Assembly: GCF_006345805.1 (NCBI RefSeq)
Contig: NC_043000.1
Location: 155,620,001 to 155,684,000, forward strand
Origin: Octopus sinensis
Taxonomy: Eukaryota
Direction: 5' to 3'
DNA: 64,000 nucleotides
In this document: positions 1 to 13,377 of the stretch, piece after piece
How positions within the stretch are numbered: position 1 is the stretch's first letter
How the letters are laid out: each line of letters opens with the position of its first letter
Translations under genes and position numbers: made by a program
Notes under the pieces: model-generated
What the model was told of the DNA's origin: nothing
Databases searched by the model: none
What the model saw: only the letters and a program-made list of their open reading frames with translations

Positions 1-341
1 ACCATTTGTCTTCCAATTTATTGTCTGTGTGTCGACTAGGAAATCTGTCTCCTTAGTGATACAAACATGGAGAGAGAGAAAAAAAATGAAGGTTTTAAGA
101 GGCAAAAACAAGCGAAATAATTTTTTTCATTATTCTTTAAACATTAAAATTTAGATTTGATTTTGAAATAATAGGTTTCCACATAAGGTGCTAAAAAATG
201 GTTACATTAAGGGAGTATTATTATATGCATAATTACTGTGGCAAAATTGTAGGTCACAATTATTCTGTACAATAATATATGATATATGAGAAGTGAAGTA
301 CAACATTGTTCATCCACTACCTACAATGTAGGGTATAATGC

Positions 342-382
<41 letters not shown>

Positions 383-749
383 TATATATAACGGGAAGCT
401 TTATGAAAATAAACAAAAGACGAAGGCAGGTGGAGTACAAACAAACAATTGTATTAGTATGGCGCTCAGGAATATAAATAAAGCAAGTCTTTTACGTTTC
501 GAGCCTACGCTCTTCAACAGAAAGATACACAGAAAAGAAACAAGGAGAGAAAAAAATGCGTGCAGAAGCAAGCGATTCAACATGGTGAACCATATATATA
601 TATATATATATATATATGATTTGAAAACCCCACTAGAATGGGAGAAAGCGCTAATGATCTAAGTGATATGATATATATATATATAAAATGTAATATATAA
701 ATAAATATCTGTAAATATAAACCATCCGATCTTCTGATTACCTCATTTC

Positions 750-794
<45 letters not shown>

Positions 795-795
<1 letters not shown>

Positions 796-1330
796 ATATG
801 AAAGAAGGTTTGAAAATGCAATTTTGAAAGATCTTTAATTACTTGACCGGTTTCACTTTTTTAGGAAAAGATTGTCAAAAGTAACATGTAAAAACTTTGT
901 TGTGTTAAGTACTGGTTGTCACAAAATATTACAATACATATATACATTCTTTGCTAATAATAAGAACGTGTTAAAAACAGTTTACAAGGGAAAATTTTGG
1001 GAAAAACAAAAACGTTCATTAAAATATTGGGCACAAAAAGTTGCAATACTTGTATACATTTTTTGATAATAATAAGATGTTAAAAACAGTTTACAGAAAA
1101 CATTTTTTTGAGAAATTATTAACAAGTTCATAAATACACACACACACAACACCAACAGATGCACACATATACACATGCGAACAGACACATACACACACTA
1201 GCGGACGCACGACACCCTAACACAACAAAGCTTTTACATGTTACTTTTGACAATCTTTTTCTAAAAAAGTGAGACCGTTCAAGTAAATAAACATCTTTTA
1301 AAATTGCATTTTCAAACCTTCTTTCATATA
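795..1330. mobile_element. MITE/fold-back element with ~115-bp terminal inverted repeats
   Basis: 795-909 (tatatgaaagaaggtttgaaaatgc...ttgtgttaag) is the reverse complement, roughly 90% identical, of 1216-1330. TA-rich ends; non-coding interior with a short internal duplication. Confidence 0.75.
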
Positions 1331-1366
1331 TAATTCTACTCGTGCAGTACCTACAACTCCACTTTG

Positions 1367-1461
<95 letters not shown>

Positions 1462-1521
1462 TGTATGTATGTATGTGTTTCTTATTTGCTATGTGACAGA
1501 CGTTATCTTTTAGCATTTGAC

Positions 1522-1567
<46 letters not shown>

Positions 1568-1637
1568 AATAATAATAATAATGATAATAATAATGATAAT
1601 AATAATATTATTATTGTTGTTGTTGTTGTTGTTGTTA

Positions 1638-1815
1638 CTAGTAGGACCCGTGAATATTTCACGGAATTAATTTCTGAAAATCTAATCCCAAAAACCTGAA
1701 AGCGTAGCCTGTGTCTATGGAAAAATAGTTGCGCATCTGCTACTCATTGAGAAGTGAAAGAAATTGGAATACGATAGTAATTTAATGCTCTACACACACA
1801 CACACACACACACAC

Positions 1816-1890
<75 letters not shown>
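1638..1890 (-). mobile_element. Non-autonomous Helitron 3' end (second family); left boundary firm, right boundary uncertain
   Basis: On the minus strand: ccgtgaaatattcacgg hairpin (1648-1664), short spacer, then CTAG|T (1638-1641). This is the canonical Helitron 3' terminus. The body runs into (CA)n/(TA)n. Confidence 0.5.
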
Positions 1891-1891
<1 letters not shown>

Positions 1892-2674
1892 AACAATTGC
1901 AGCGTGGAAGGTGTTTATAAGCCATTTAAGAAACATACAAAAACCGTTAGATTCACTTCAACATTTAAATTTAATTTGTCAAAATATTTTCGTCGCACAA
2001 TTTTATAGACTTAATACACAGCACTCATAAAATAAATATTCACTATTGTTTTTCCATTTTCCCCATAAACATAAAAAATATCCCGTACATATGATACAAT
2101 CTTTAGTTAAATTGCATATATCTGCCACGCAAATAAGCGTGAATATTTCACGGAATTACACTTATGAGCATGCGTTAAGTGATAGGCGATATTATAAGAC
2201 TCAGTTCAAGTAAAGGCAAATACACTTTTCACTTACCACTACTACCGCCTCCATTTCCAGCATCACCGTCACCACTTCCATCTCCACCACCACCACTACC
2301 TACTCCATCTCCACCACCACCACCACCTCCTCCGCCTCCACCACTACTACCTCCATTATCCTCTCTCTCCCCTCTCTCTTTCCCTCCTCTCTCTTCCCGC
2401 TCTCTATCTCTCTCCCTCTCTCTCCCTCTCTCATCCGCTCTCTTTCTTTAATCTCAACATCAGAACATCACTCCTCTGGTAAGATTGTATTTTAAACTCT
2501 CCTCCTCTACCTTAAACTAAGTTTTTTTACCACTTAATAAATATCACGTTTTCCCTACCTCATGTCTTGGACGCCTCTCTCTCCCTCTTTTTCTCTCTCT
2601 CTTTTCTTTCTCTCTCTTTTTCTCTAATCACGTGAAAGCGTTACCGACGGGCTAAGTAACGCAATGACAAGCAT

Positions 2675-2734
2675 AATTATAATAATAATAATAGTAGTAG
2701 TAGTAGTAATAATAATAATGATAATAATAATATC

Positions 2735-2781
<47 letters not shown>

Positions 2782-2948
2782 TTATTATTATTATTATTAC
2801 TATTGTTGTTATCATTACTATTACTTTTTTATTATTATTATTATTAATATTAATATAATTATTATTATTATTATTTTTATTATTATAATTATTATTATTA
2901 TTATTATTATTATTATCATTATTTTTATTATTATAATTATTATTATTA
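2675..2948. repeat. Abutting (AAT)n|(ATT)n trinucleotide arrays
   Basis: Direct reading: ~105 bp of AAT-type repeat immediately followed by ~170 bp of ATT-type repeat. Confidence 0.95.
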
Positions 2949-2950
2949 GT

Positions 2951-3150
2951 ATATAACTGTTCAAAATGTGGTAAATTAAGGTAAGTTTCTACTGCATCAC
3001 CTGCTACACCTTCTTGTTGCTGGGCTGTGTGCAGCATTGTGTGTTCTTTTCTGCTGTTGGGAGTAACATGCGAACTCTTCCCAGTACTGCATTGCGTTAA
3101 TTTTTTCCTTGGGGTATAGTGCTGTGTTTTGTTGTGTTATTGCTTACCCA
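2951..3150 (-). mobile_element. Probable 3' end of an RLE-type (R4/Dong-like) LINE ending in (AAT)n
   Basis: Minus-strand translation N*RNAVLGRVRMLL resembles the IQKxAVLGTxRILR C-terminus of RLE LINEs. A short 3'UTR follows, running directly into (AAT)n. Confidence 0.35.
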
Positions 3151-3164
3151 GAAATGGGCTGAAA

Positions 3165-4260
3165 GAAAGCTGTCCTTGAAAGGTCGGGGAGAGGTGGCGA
3201 ATGCTTACAGCGACTCCGTTATCATTTATGCCTGACCGTCACGCCTTGTCCCGTTTACTGCTTGACCAGCCTGGAGCAGCTCTTGCTTAAATTCTTGTCG
3301 AAAGGACGCGTTCCAATGGTCAGGCGGTCAGTCTGTTACCAGCATCCTCTGAGTGGCGAATTAGGTATTCCTTGGCTCCTAATGCGCAGAGACCTGCAAC
3401 GATCTCTGTGCGGTGAGCGTGTGTGGGCTCCGTTTCTGAGGCTCGTCTTTCCGCAGCTCGTCTCCTTGACGGAGCTGCAGTCCTGGGTGAAGAAAAGACC
3501 GAGACTGGGCGCCTGGTACTTAGAATGTCGTTAGGTGCTCGCAACCCTCTACCAGCCGGGCAATGAGATCGATGGATGTTCCGCTTTAGAAATTTATAGA
3601 GGATTAGTGGCAAAGAAGTGCGACGAAGTTCTCGGGGAGACTCTGGGCGCCGATGAGAACGAACTAGCTGTACCGGAGGACTTTCCGATCGGGAACTATC
3701 ATGAATAATTTCCAGATGTCCTTCGCCTGGCAGTGCTACCGAGGAGCCCGACCGGTTCGAGATAAACTATACAGGCACTGATGTGCTGTCAGACGCACTT
3801 GTCCGAGGTGCGCGCAGAATGACGAAACCGTTCAGCACGGCCTCGTGCAGTGTTCAGGCATGGCTCCCCTCCCCCTAAATTTAGAGCCTTGCGCCTAGAG
3901 TAGAAGGTATCTGTCGTCATGCCTGAAAGGCATGAGGACAGATACCTTCCTCTTTGGAGTGGAGAGAGAAGTGCTGCCCTCGAATGAGTTTACTGAAGGT
4001 TGGGTGAAAGTTGCGAAAATGCCAAGAGTGGATGGTACCTCTCTAAGTGTAGACCTGTGAGTCGGGGAGAAGGAATTGGTGAGAGCACTTACTCCTAGGA
4101 TTTCAGGGAAATCTCGGACAGTGGTGTTCCTCGATTATCCCTAGAGGCGTTCCTGTATCAGGAGGGCCACATCCTCCTCCCACATTTTTTTTTACCTTTC
4201 CATGCTATGCATATGTCCCTTCTTTTCCAGTGTATACCGTGTATACCTTTTTCTAAAATT
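3165..4260 (+). mobile_element. L1/Tx1-clade LINE, 5'-truncated ORF2 pseudogene plus 3'UTR
   Basis: Post-RT segment ERKLSLKGRGEVAN...LEQLLLKFLSKGRVPMVRRSVCYQHPLSGELGIPWL; zinc knuckle CPRCAQNDETVQHGLVQC (~3805-3855); C-terminal VEREVLPSNEFTEGWVKV. Stops and frameshifts throughout. Confidence 0.85.
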
Positions 4261-4390
4261 TATTATTTATTTTTTATCATTTCATTATTATATATAAAGC
4301 CCACACTTTATGTCTATTCCTGTATTTTTTACCTTTCGGACCTCGAATGATTTTCTTCTTCATCCTTCGCCCTTTTGGTAAATAAATGAA

Positions 4391-4437
<47 letters not shown>

Positions 4438-4462
4438 CATTATTGTTATTATTATTATTATG

Positions 4463-4694
4463 TATTACTTTACTGCCCACAAGGGGCTAAACATAGAGAG
4501 GGCAAACAAGGACAGACAAACGGATTAAGTCGATTACATCTGACCCAGTACGAAACTGGTACTTTATTTATCGACCCCGGAAGGATGAAAGGCAAAGTCG
4601 ACCTCGGCGGAATTTGAACTCAGAACGTAGCGTCAGACGAAATACTGCTGAGAATTTCGCCCGGCGTGCTAACGTTTCTGCCAGCTCCCCGGCT
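4463..4694 (-). mobile_element. tRNA-derived SINE, Nin/Deu-like body, tail A
   Basis: Pol III A/B-box head (tggcagaaacgtta / gagttcaaattcc), body gcctttcatccttccggggtcgataaa, tail ...gccccttgtgggcagtaaag; lies next to (ATT)n. Confidence 0.9.
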
Positions 4695-4715
4695 TATTTT
4701 ATTTTAATAATAATA

Positions 4716-4748
<33 letters not shown>

Positions 4749-4902
4749 GTTGTTGTTGTTGTTGTTGTTGTTATCGCTGCCTTGTGCTAGCTTGTTCCTT
4801 ATAACATTTGTTCATCTCAACTCTTTTCTTCGACACGAACATTCAAGAGATTTATCTTCATAGAATAAGTGCAATATTTTCGAAGTTCAGTATCAATGCG
4901 CC

Positions 4903-4970
<68 letters not shown>

Positions 4971-5799
4971 TGTGCGTGCGCGTGTGTGTGTGTGTGTGTT
5001 TATTCCATTTCCTTATTAATTTTTGTGATAACAACACCAACGAAAAATCAAAAATAAAAATGGTATCCTGTAATAATACAAACAAATAATTACATTCAGC
5101 ATAAATTGATTAAACCTGTACGAGTCTTAGCAAACACTTTTGTGTTTGTGTGTGTGTGTGTGTGTAAGTGGAACAGCTAACATATACACCATGTCTGCAC
5201 TATACGACAAATTAGATGGGAATTCTCTGATGCAGTTTCCTTTTTAATGAGACATAAACCGACGTAAGTTTTTTGAAACAATTATAATAAATATATACTC
5301 TCTTACATTCTGTAGAAAATCTACAGGGAGCAAACGTCTTTTTTTTTTAGCTAAATGATGGCAGTCTGCATGCATAGTGGAACACCTTAAACATAATGTA
5401 CTCTAGAAAATGCGTTAACTGTAACATCTCATCTAAATACATATGCCTCACTCATAAAGACGTTTTTCGCTTTCAGCAATGTTGCATTGTTCAATCTCGT
5501 TTATTTACTTTTTTTCTTTTGCTTTTCATTTTTCTGTTTTTGTTCTCTGTTTCTTTTTTTGTCTTCAGGAAGAATAAATGAATAACCTTTTTTTTTTATA
5601 ATTACGAAACGTAGTCTTGGAGACCATAATTTTTTTCGCTTGTCACTACGAATAAAATGGCTAAATGATTTATAGTACAATTGCAATATTATCGTTGTTA
5701 CACAGGAGTGTGATCTATTTTTGTATTTCACTTTTCTCTCACTGCCTCTTTTTTTCTTTTTCTTACCCTTGCACAATACTTATATGCATATACATACAT

Positions 5800-5843
<44 letters not shown>

Positions 5844-7317
5844 TATATGTGCGTGTGTGTGTATTTTTTCAATGTGTACAATAACTTGGAAAAAAAGTAG
5901 TTACCAGGGCAGCAAAAATTCACATGAATACCAAGGATGTAACAGCCTACTTATAACGGTAGAAATTCCAGGGTTTAGTGAAATGATTTTATATAAGGAC
6001 ACAGGAAATGTGTCAAAGCCGACAGGAAGCGTTTGAAGCTTCCTAGTGCTAAACAGCGGTGGTGTAATTCCCATACGGGACTGTCACGTTAAGTTGACAG
6101 TATACAACCACTCTATCGTTCCACCACCGCTCATGTCTCTTTGAGACGTTTATAAATTTAATATTTCTGATTTTATATTACATAGATAAATAAAGAAATG
6201 GAGTTAAACACGGGTGTTATTCAAATCTTTATACTTCCAACATATGTTTCGAAGAAAACATTGGTTATTATTCCAGAAGAGACAAAATAATGTAAAACAA
6301 TGCAATCTTCTCATCAGGGAAAAAAAGAGAAACAAAACACATCAATAGGCTATTTTAACTGAATGTGATTACTGCATATATGATGAAGAAAACGCTGATA
6401 AGATATTAAAAAAAATATCTATCTATCTATCTATCTGTCTGTCTGTCTGTCTGTCTGTTTATCTATATGTCTGTTTATCTCTCTCTCCCTCTCTCTCTCT
6501 CTCTCTGTATATATATATATTCCCCCCTCTCTCTCTCTGACACTTTGTGTGTGATGTGTGTGTGTGCGTGTGTGTGTCTGTATGAATGCATATATCCGTA
6601 GCTATGGCTGCATGTTTAAAACGTTCACTTCGAAAATGCGTGATTCAAGGTTCGTGTTCGATCACAAACAACATTAGGAAAGTATCTATTAGTAATTGGG
6701 TAACAAAAGGTTTTAACTATATTCTCTTTTTTTGTGACATAAACTGAATGAAATCTTGTAAGAAGGACCTTTCCTGCTCTTGGAGGCAGATTTGATTTGG
6801 GTTACACTACCTGGACCTCGAATACATTTAACGGACTTCATATTGAGTGGATCTTGGTCTGAAGACTTCTGCCTGCCAGCCACAGAGACCGTGAGAAATT
6901 TTATGTGCGTTGCTACTCCTTTTCTGACTAAGTTACTAATCTAATATATGTATCTGCGTATGTGTATGTATGTGTGTGTGTATATGTTTGTGCGTGTATG
7001 TATGTAAGTGTATATAAATATATATGTATATGTATACGCATTATATGTGTATATAATAATATTTAAAAAATTGAACTGAAGGACGACAAAGGAACAAACG
7101 GAAAATTAACAAACAAGACATGCATATGCTCTTCCTTCGTCAGTTATCCTCGAAAAATCATTATCATTTCACGCCTTTAACGGTAATATTGTTCACTTTG
7201 GTGGCGTCAAAAGCAAGAAGCTACTGGGAATAATGAACGAATGTACTGGACGGTGACGAAAACAAACTCGTAGTAGGCAGGAAAATGAATGTACAAACAA
7301 AATAAAGGCCGTATATA

Positions 7318-7478
7318 CGAGGGGGTGATGAAAAGTTCTTGGCCTAAGAGAACCGCGAAAGGCCTAGTTGCAGGCTCATAACAACTGCAATAAGTGTGTG
7401 AATCTGAGAGGAGAATATGTTGAATAAAGTCATAATTAACTGATCCTCCTGTATATTCTTTTACTCAAAGCCAGGAAC
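7318..7478 (+). mobile_element. Mariner-derived internally deleted element (MITE-like relic)
   Basis: TA-cgagggggtgatgaaaagttc TIR-like start followed almost at once by the transposase C-terminus NKCVNLRGEYVE*. Right TIR is truncated. Confidence 0.6.
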
Positions 7479-7548
7479 AAATCCTTTCCTAGAATGTGTG
7501 TGTGTGTGTGTGTGGTGTGTGTGTGTGTGTGTGTGTGGTGTGTGTGTC

Positions 7549-7776
7549 GGGCAAGCTGGCAGAATCGTTAGTACGCCGGACGAAATGCTTAATGGCATTT
7601 CATCTGCCGTTACGTTCTGAGTTCAAATTCCGCCGAGGTCGACTTTGCCTTTCATCCCTTCGGGATTGATTAAACTAGTACCAGTTACGCACTGGAGTCG
7701 ACCTAATCGACTTAATCCCTTTGTCTGATTTGGTTTGTCCCCTCTATATTTAACCTCTGTGATCAATAAAGAAATA
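7549..7776 (+). mobile_element. tRNA-derived SINE, Nin/Deu-like body, tail A
   Basis: Same head, body and tail as the other copies. Confidence 0.9.
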
Positions 7777-8059
7777 AATGTACTCCCCCTAACAAACGTC
7801 CTCTTCCTAGTTTTGAACCCTGTACCCCATAAAGACGACCAATTGTTTATTTTAATTTACTCGAGGATCCGCACTTCTCTTCACCTCCTTACAAGTTTCA
7901 TGACATCCATAAAGAAAACGATGCAGCTTTCAGCATTGAAGAAATGTTTTTTTATTCGACATAGCCACCAGCGAAAAACTGTTGAGCGGAATAGGAAGAG
8001 GTAAGGAAGATGAGAGAGGAGTGCGAAGATCGACATATTGAGTTGTGGTGCTTGTGTGT

Positions 8060-8460
8060 TGGAGGTGGTGGTGGTGGTGGTGGTGGTAGTGGTGGGGCTG
8101 GCAGCGGCGACCATGGTGGTTCAGCGGTGGTAGCGGCGGCGGTGGTGGTTGTGGTGGTGGGGGGGGGTGATGGTGGTGATGATGGTGGTGGTAGTGGCGG
8201 TGGCGGCGGTGGTGGTGGTGGTGGTGGTGGTGGTGGTGGTAGTGATGGTGATGGTGGTGGTGGTGGTAGTGATGGTGGTGGTGGTGGTGGTGGTGGTGGT
8301 GGTGGTGGTGATGGTTGTGGTGGTGGTGGTGGTTGTGGTGGTGGTGGTGGTGGTAGTAGTGGTGACGCTGGCAGCGCCGACCATGGAGGTTCAGCGGCGG
8401 TAGCGGCGGCGGCGACGGTGGTGGTGGTGGTTGTGGTGGTGGTGGTGGTGGTAGTGACGC
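8060..8460. repeat. (GGT)n-based imperfect array with an embedded 46-bp duplicated unit
   Basis: Direct reading; the unit is at 8097-8142 and 8367-8412. Confidence 0.9.
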
Positions 8461-8636
8461 TGAAGTGGGGGGAGGGGGTGGAATTCATGAAAACACCTTC
8501 AACACGAAAGTGATTCAGCTTCGGAATTAGGTTTCTGGCTCATTGACAGCAACTCATTAACTGAATTTTCAACCGACTGTGTAAATAGAATGAACATCTT
8601 AATTAGCAGGGAATAATGATGATGATAACAACAAGA

Positions 8637-8667
<31 letters not shown>

Positions 8668-9741
8668 CAACAACAACGGCAACAACAACAACAACTACAA
8701 CAACTATCACAGTAATAATGAATAAATAAACAATGATGATGACGATGATGATTATGATGATGACGATGATGATGATGATGATGATGATGATAAATAATGA
8801 TAATAACAAAACTCATTTAGAGTTAATTAACTTCAATGAAATAAAGGAAGATAAGGTTGGGGAGGGGAAGTGGGAGGGCGCGGATGAAGGGGGAGAAAAT
8901 AGGAGAAATATTGAAAGTTAGAGAAGGAAGATGGGTGGTGAGGAAGAGGGTGGTGAGGAAGAGGGTAGTTTGGAGAGAAAGAAAGGGTGGGGGGAAGGCA
9001 AAGAAGCGACGCAGGAAAAAAAAAGACGCAACAACAACAACAACAACAACAACAAAGAAATAATAGGAATAAGCAATGGAGAGAGAGGTAGAAAAATATA
9101 TTACTCGGAAAGAAATTAGTCTTGACTGAATGAAATTCAGTTTGGCAGAAAAAATGTAGCAAGCTGTAACGGATTTGAAAGCGATCATTTTGACGAAATC
9201 TCCACCCCATACCCAAGAATTAAAACGCCATTGATGTAAATCGACTGTGAAGCCACAGATAGGACAATTATTTAATCATTTCACGGGCAACATTGTTTGT
9301 TAGGCAATACACGGGTCAGATACGAGTGATCTTGTGAATACGACGTTTAACCCTTACAGACAAACGCACATACACACACAAACACACATATCCATATGCA
9401 CACGACGCGCATACACACATATACAGAGACGTATTTACGCACGTTCTTGATTATTTTCAAAGAAAACTACGCAATTTTATAGTTAGTTATGTTTTTTTAC
9501 ATTAACAAACTACAAGAATGATCGCAGGTGGTCAAAAAAGAAAGGTATGATGCACGGCAGTAAAGACATTATCACAAACTCGTATCAGTCTAAAAAGGTC
9601 CAGTATTCGACTACTCACAGAGTTATCTGACTGTGGTACATGTAAAGTAACATCTCAATCATACTTTTTTTTTTCAGCAGGAGATGGCCGAACGAAAAAG
9701 CTCTCAACAGGTCATGTTTAATACCAAATATGTCATAAATT

Positions 9742-10171
9742 CTTTTCTGCTCTAGGCACAAGGCCCGAAATTTGTGGAGGGGAGTCAGTCGATTACATCG
9801 ACCCCAGTACGCAACTGGTAATTAATTTATCGACCCCGAAAGAATGAAAGCCAAAGTCGACCTCGGCGGAATTTGAACTCAGAACGTAAAGACAGACGAA
9901 ATATCGCTAAGCATTTCACCCGGCGTGCTAACGTTTCTTATTTCTTTACTACCCACAAGGGGTTAAATACAGTGGGGACAAACAAGGACAGAGAAACGGA
10001 TTAAGTCGATTTGATCGACCCAGTGCGTAACTGGTACTTAATTTATCGACCCCGAAAGGATGAAAGGCAAAGTCGACCTCGGCGGAAGTTGAACTCAGAA
10101 TGTAAAGACAGACGAAATATCGCTAAGCATTTCGCCCGGCGTGCTAACGTTTCTGCCAGATCGCCGCCTTC
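9742..10171 (-). mobile_element. Tandem pair of Nin/Deu-like SINEs (tail A unit 9939-10171, tail B unit 9742-9938)
   Basis: Two copies of the same body with different 3' tails, arranged head-to-tail. Confidence 0.9.
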
Positions 10172-11770
10172 CAAAGATGTCATTTCATTGACCTACTAGA
10201 CAAAAAAAAAGTTATACATCGAATCTTCACCTCGTTGAGTAGGAATAGCAATCAGAGTATCTCGGAATAAACTTTTAACCTGTCCTGGTGAGATTTATTG
10301 TTTATTCTATCCTCTCCATGAAACTGAATTTAAATAATAGGACTCAATACGTGGATCCGCGTTATTCTTAGTGTGCTTTAAAAAGTTCGTGAAATATTTA
10401 GTTATTTGTCTTTACACGAGTTCAAATTTTTTTGTGATAAACACTGACTCATCTTCCCAAGCAAATCCTGGCGGTCAGTCGACAATATATTTTCCTCCAA
10501 AATGTGTAGCCTTGTCTTGATGTGAGATTTATTTAAAAAGAAAAGTAAATCAGTGTTTACTTACTCTTGATATACCATATATTGATTATTTAGATGGCGG
10601 ATTGGTCGGGTCGATAAATTGTCAGACAAAATGCCTCCAGTATTTCTTCAGTTTCTTCACGTTCTGTGTTCAAATCGAACCAAAGTGAATTTTACTTTTC
10701 ATCTATTCGGGGTTGATAAAATAAAGTAAGTCAAATGATAGATGTTATAAACAACTAACCTTTCCCCATGAAATTACTGTTCTTGTGCCTAAACTAGAAT
10801 TCCGCATCACAAATACTCATATGTGGTGGATAAAAGAATCAATATTGTACTGGATGTATGCTGTGGCGTTTAGTTACGCCACTTTACGTTCTGGGTTTTA
10901 AAACGCGTCAAGGTAGACATTGCTTTTAATTATTCCGTGGTCAATAAAATAAATATCAGTTAAATACCAGAAGAATGTAACCAAGTGTACCTTCCCCTCT
11001 TATTATTTTCTTTTCTAGTATGTTAGAAATGAAGACCTATTATGTCACTGAAAACGAATTTTGTAAAGGCCTGTACAAAATTCTTGAGATATCATCTATA
11101 ACACCCATTGCAAACGCCCATTTAAAATCATTGAAGCCATACCAGGTAATAAAACTCGTCTGTTTCTTCTCATTATATCGGCCAGTATTTCCATGGTAAA
11201 GTATAAAAATGTATTTCGCGTGATCCAGTTGCGTTTTTAATCTGAAGTTCAACCGATGTCCGCTCGGTTTGTCGGAGAATATAAACTGGATGAGAAAACT
11301 AGACCACCTCCCATAACGGTAGACAGACGAGAATATATGATTGATTTTACAATGAACAACAGGTGAATTGAAGCGTGTGATTGGCCAGCCGTCATCTGGC
11401 ATCACAATACAATACAGACAGGCATTAGCCATAACATAGGAGAAAAAAATGTCGGAGAATTCAAAGGAATGGAAAGTGATATTGAATGGCTGATGATTGA
11501 GGTGACAGTGTCATTTCTGCTCTCAGAAATTAGGAATTACTGCTGCTAACTGGCAGCATAGTGATTATTGTAGAGGAAAGTTGAAGCAGTGAACCACAGT
11601 AGGTCTATGTCTGGTGTGTGCACGGTCTAGCTGATACTATCGCGATCTCCTGCCACACACGTAAGAACACGAAATATTCAACTACATTATTGTGATAGTC
11701 AGGTTGATATTCTATAATTTTAATACTGTATTCTGAAATTTCGGCATTGTAATTAATAATTTGCATTTTA

Positions 11771-12176
<406 letters not shown>

Positions 12177-12181
12177 TTTAC

Positions 12182-12797
12182 CTAAGTTTTGACATGATTT
12201 CCTTCGAAATAGTCACCTTGCGCAACAATACACCGGTCCCAGCGTTTCTGCCAATTTTGGAATCCAGTCTGGAAGTCGGTTTCGTAAACGAGTCGAAGCT
12301 GTGATTTGCTCTTGATCTCAACAATGGCTTTAAAACGGCGACCTTTGAGCTGCCTTTTCATCTTGGAGAAGAGATGCAAGTCCGCAGACGCTAAGTCTGG
12401 AGAATAGGGCGGGTGCGAAAGCGATACTATGCTGTTTTTGGCAAGAAAATTATGAGTGAGGAGATCTTGGTGACAGAGTGCATAGTCGTCGTGAAGAATC
12501 CAATTCTTCGCCCTCCACAGATCCGATCGAATGTCCTCCCTCAGATGTTTCAAAACGTTGATTGTCTTCTTCCGACGAGCTTCATGAACAAACTGATGAA
12601 TTTCCTCCCTATTCCCGAGGGACGACACCCATGGGAGGTCTTCCACTTTTGAAGCTCCCGTGCCACTTGAAACATCACGTACGACCCATTGCCTCGTCGT
12701 CGTAAGCTTACCGAAGTATGCTCAATTTCTCTGTAGCTGTCTTCCCAAGTTTCGCATAAAATATCACGTAGGCTCTTTATTCTATCTTCCTGTCCAT
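12182..12797 (-). pseudogene. Mariner transposase pseudogene with internal deletion (element extends to a 5' TIR-like end at ~13073)
   Basis: N-terminus MDRKIE*RAYVIFYAKLGKTATE...CFKWHGSFKSGRP; C-terminus [43 protein letters not shown]. The region containing the first catalytic D is deleted. Confidence 0.92.
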
Positions 12798-13341
12798 GAC
12801 AAAATCGCAGACTACAGCATACATGTAATCACAAAAACACAAATATCACAACTTGCAAAGTATACACAGCGATGTCACTCGGCACACTTCCTCATGAAGG
12901 TCACTGCAAGCTCTCACTGCGCACGTAACCACGTACTGCCATCTGCTGGGAACTTTTCCATATCACCTCGTACCGTTGACTTCAGCCCAGTAAATTCAAT
13001 TCGCCAGTATTTTCTTGTTACGCTAAGATCTTCTCAAAAATATAAGATAATTTTTATGAATCACAGACTGCTATAATTAATCTATAGTAGGTCACTATAA
13101 AAACTTATAGAGGACGTTACATAGATACGTATCATATGATTTTAGTGCACTGGAAATAGCAAAATTGGGGAGATATTTGGGAAATAGTATACGCGATAGA
13201 TGATACTTTCAAATGTCTGTTGAAGTGAGATTGATGAGCTCCAGAATAATGTTACGCCCGACCATTCTAACCTCCGTTCTTCTCTATCTGCTCCACCAAA
13301 TCTCTGTAAATGCGTATGCGCGGTCGGATGTGTATGTGCGT

Positions 13342-13377
<36 letters not shown>

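Noticed and set aside
7952-8513. Poly-Pro / poly-Gly / poly-Thr ORFs resembling extensin or glycine-rich proteins
   Set aside because: All frames of a (GGT)n array are open; no flanking coding sequence.
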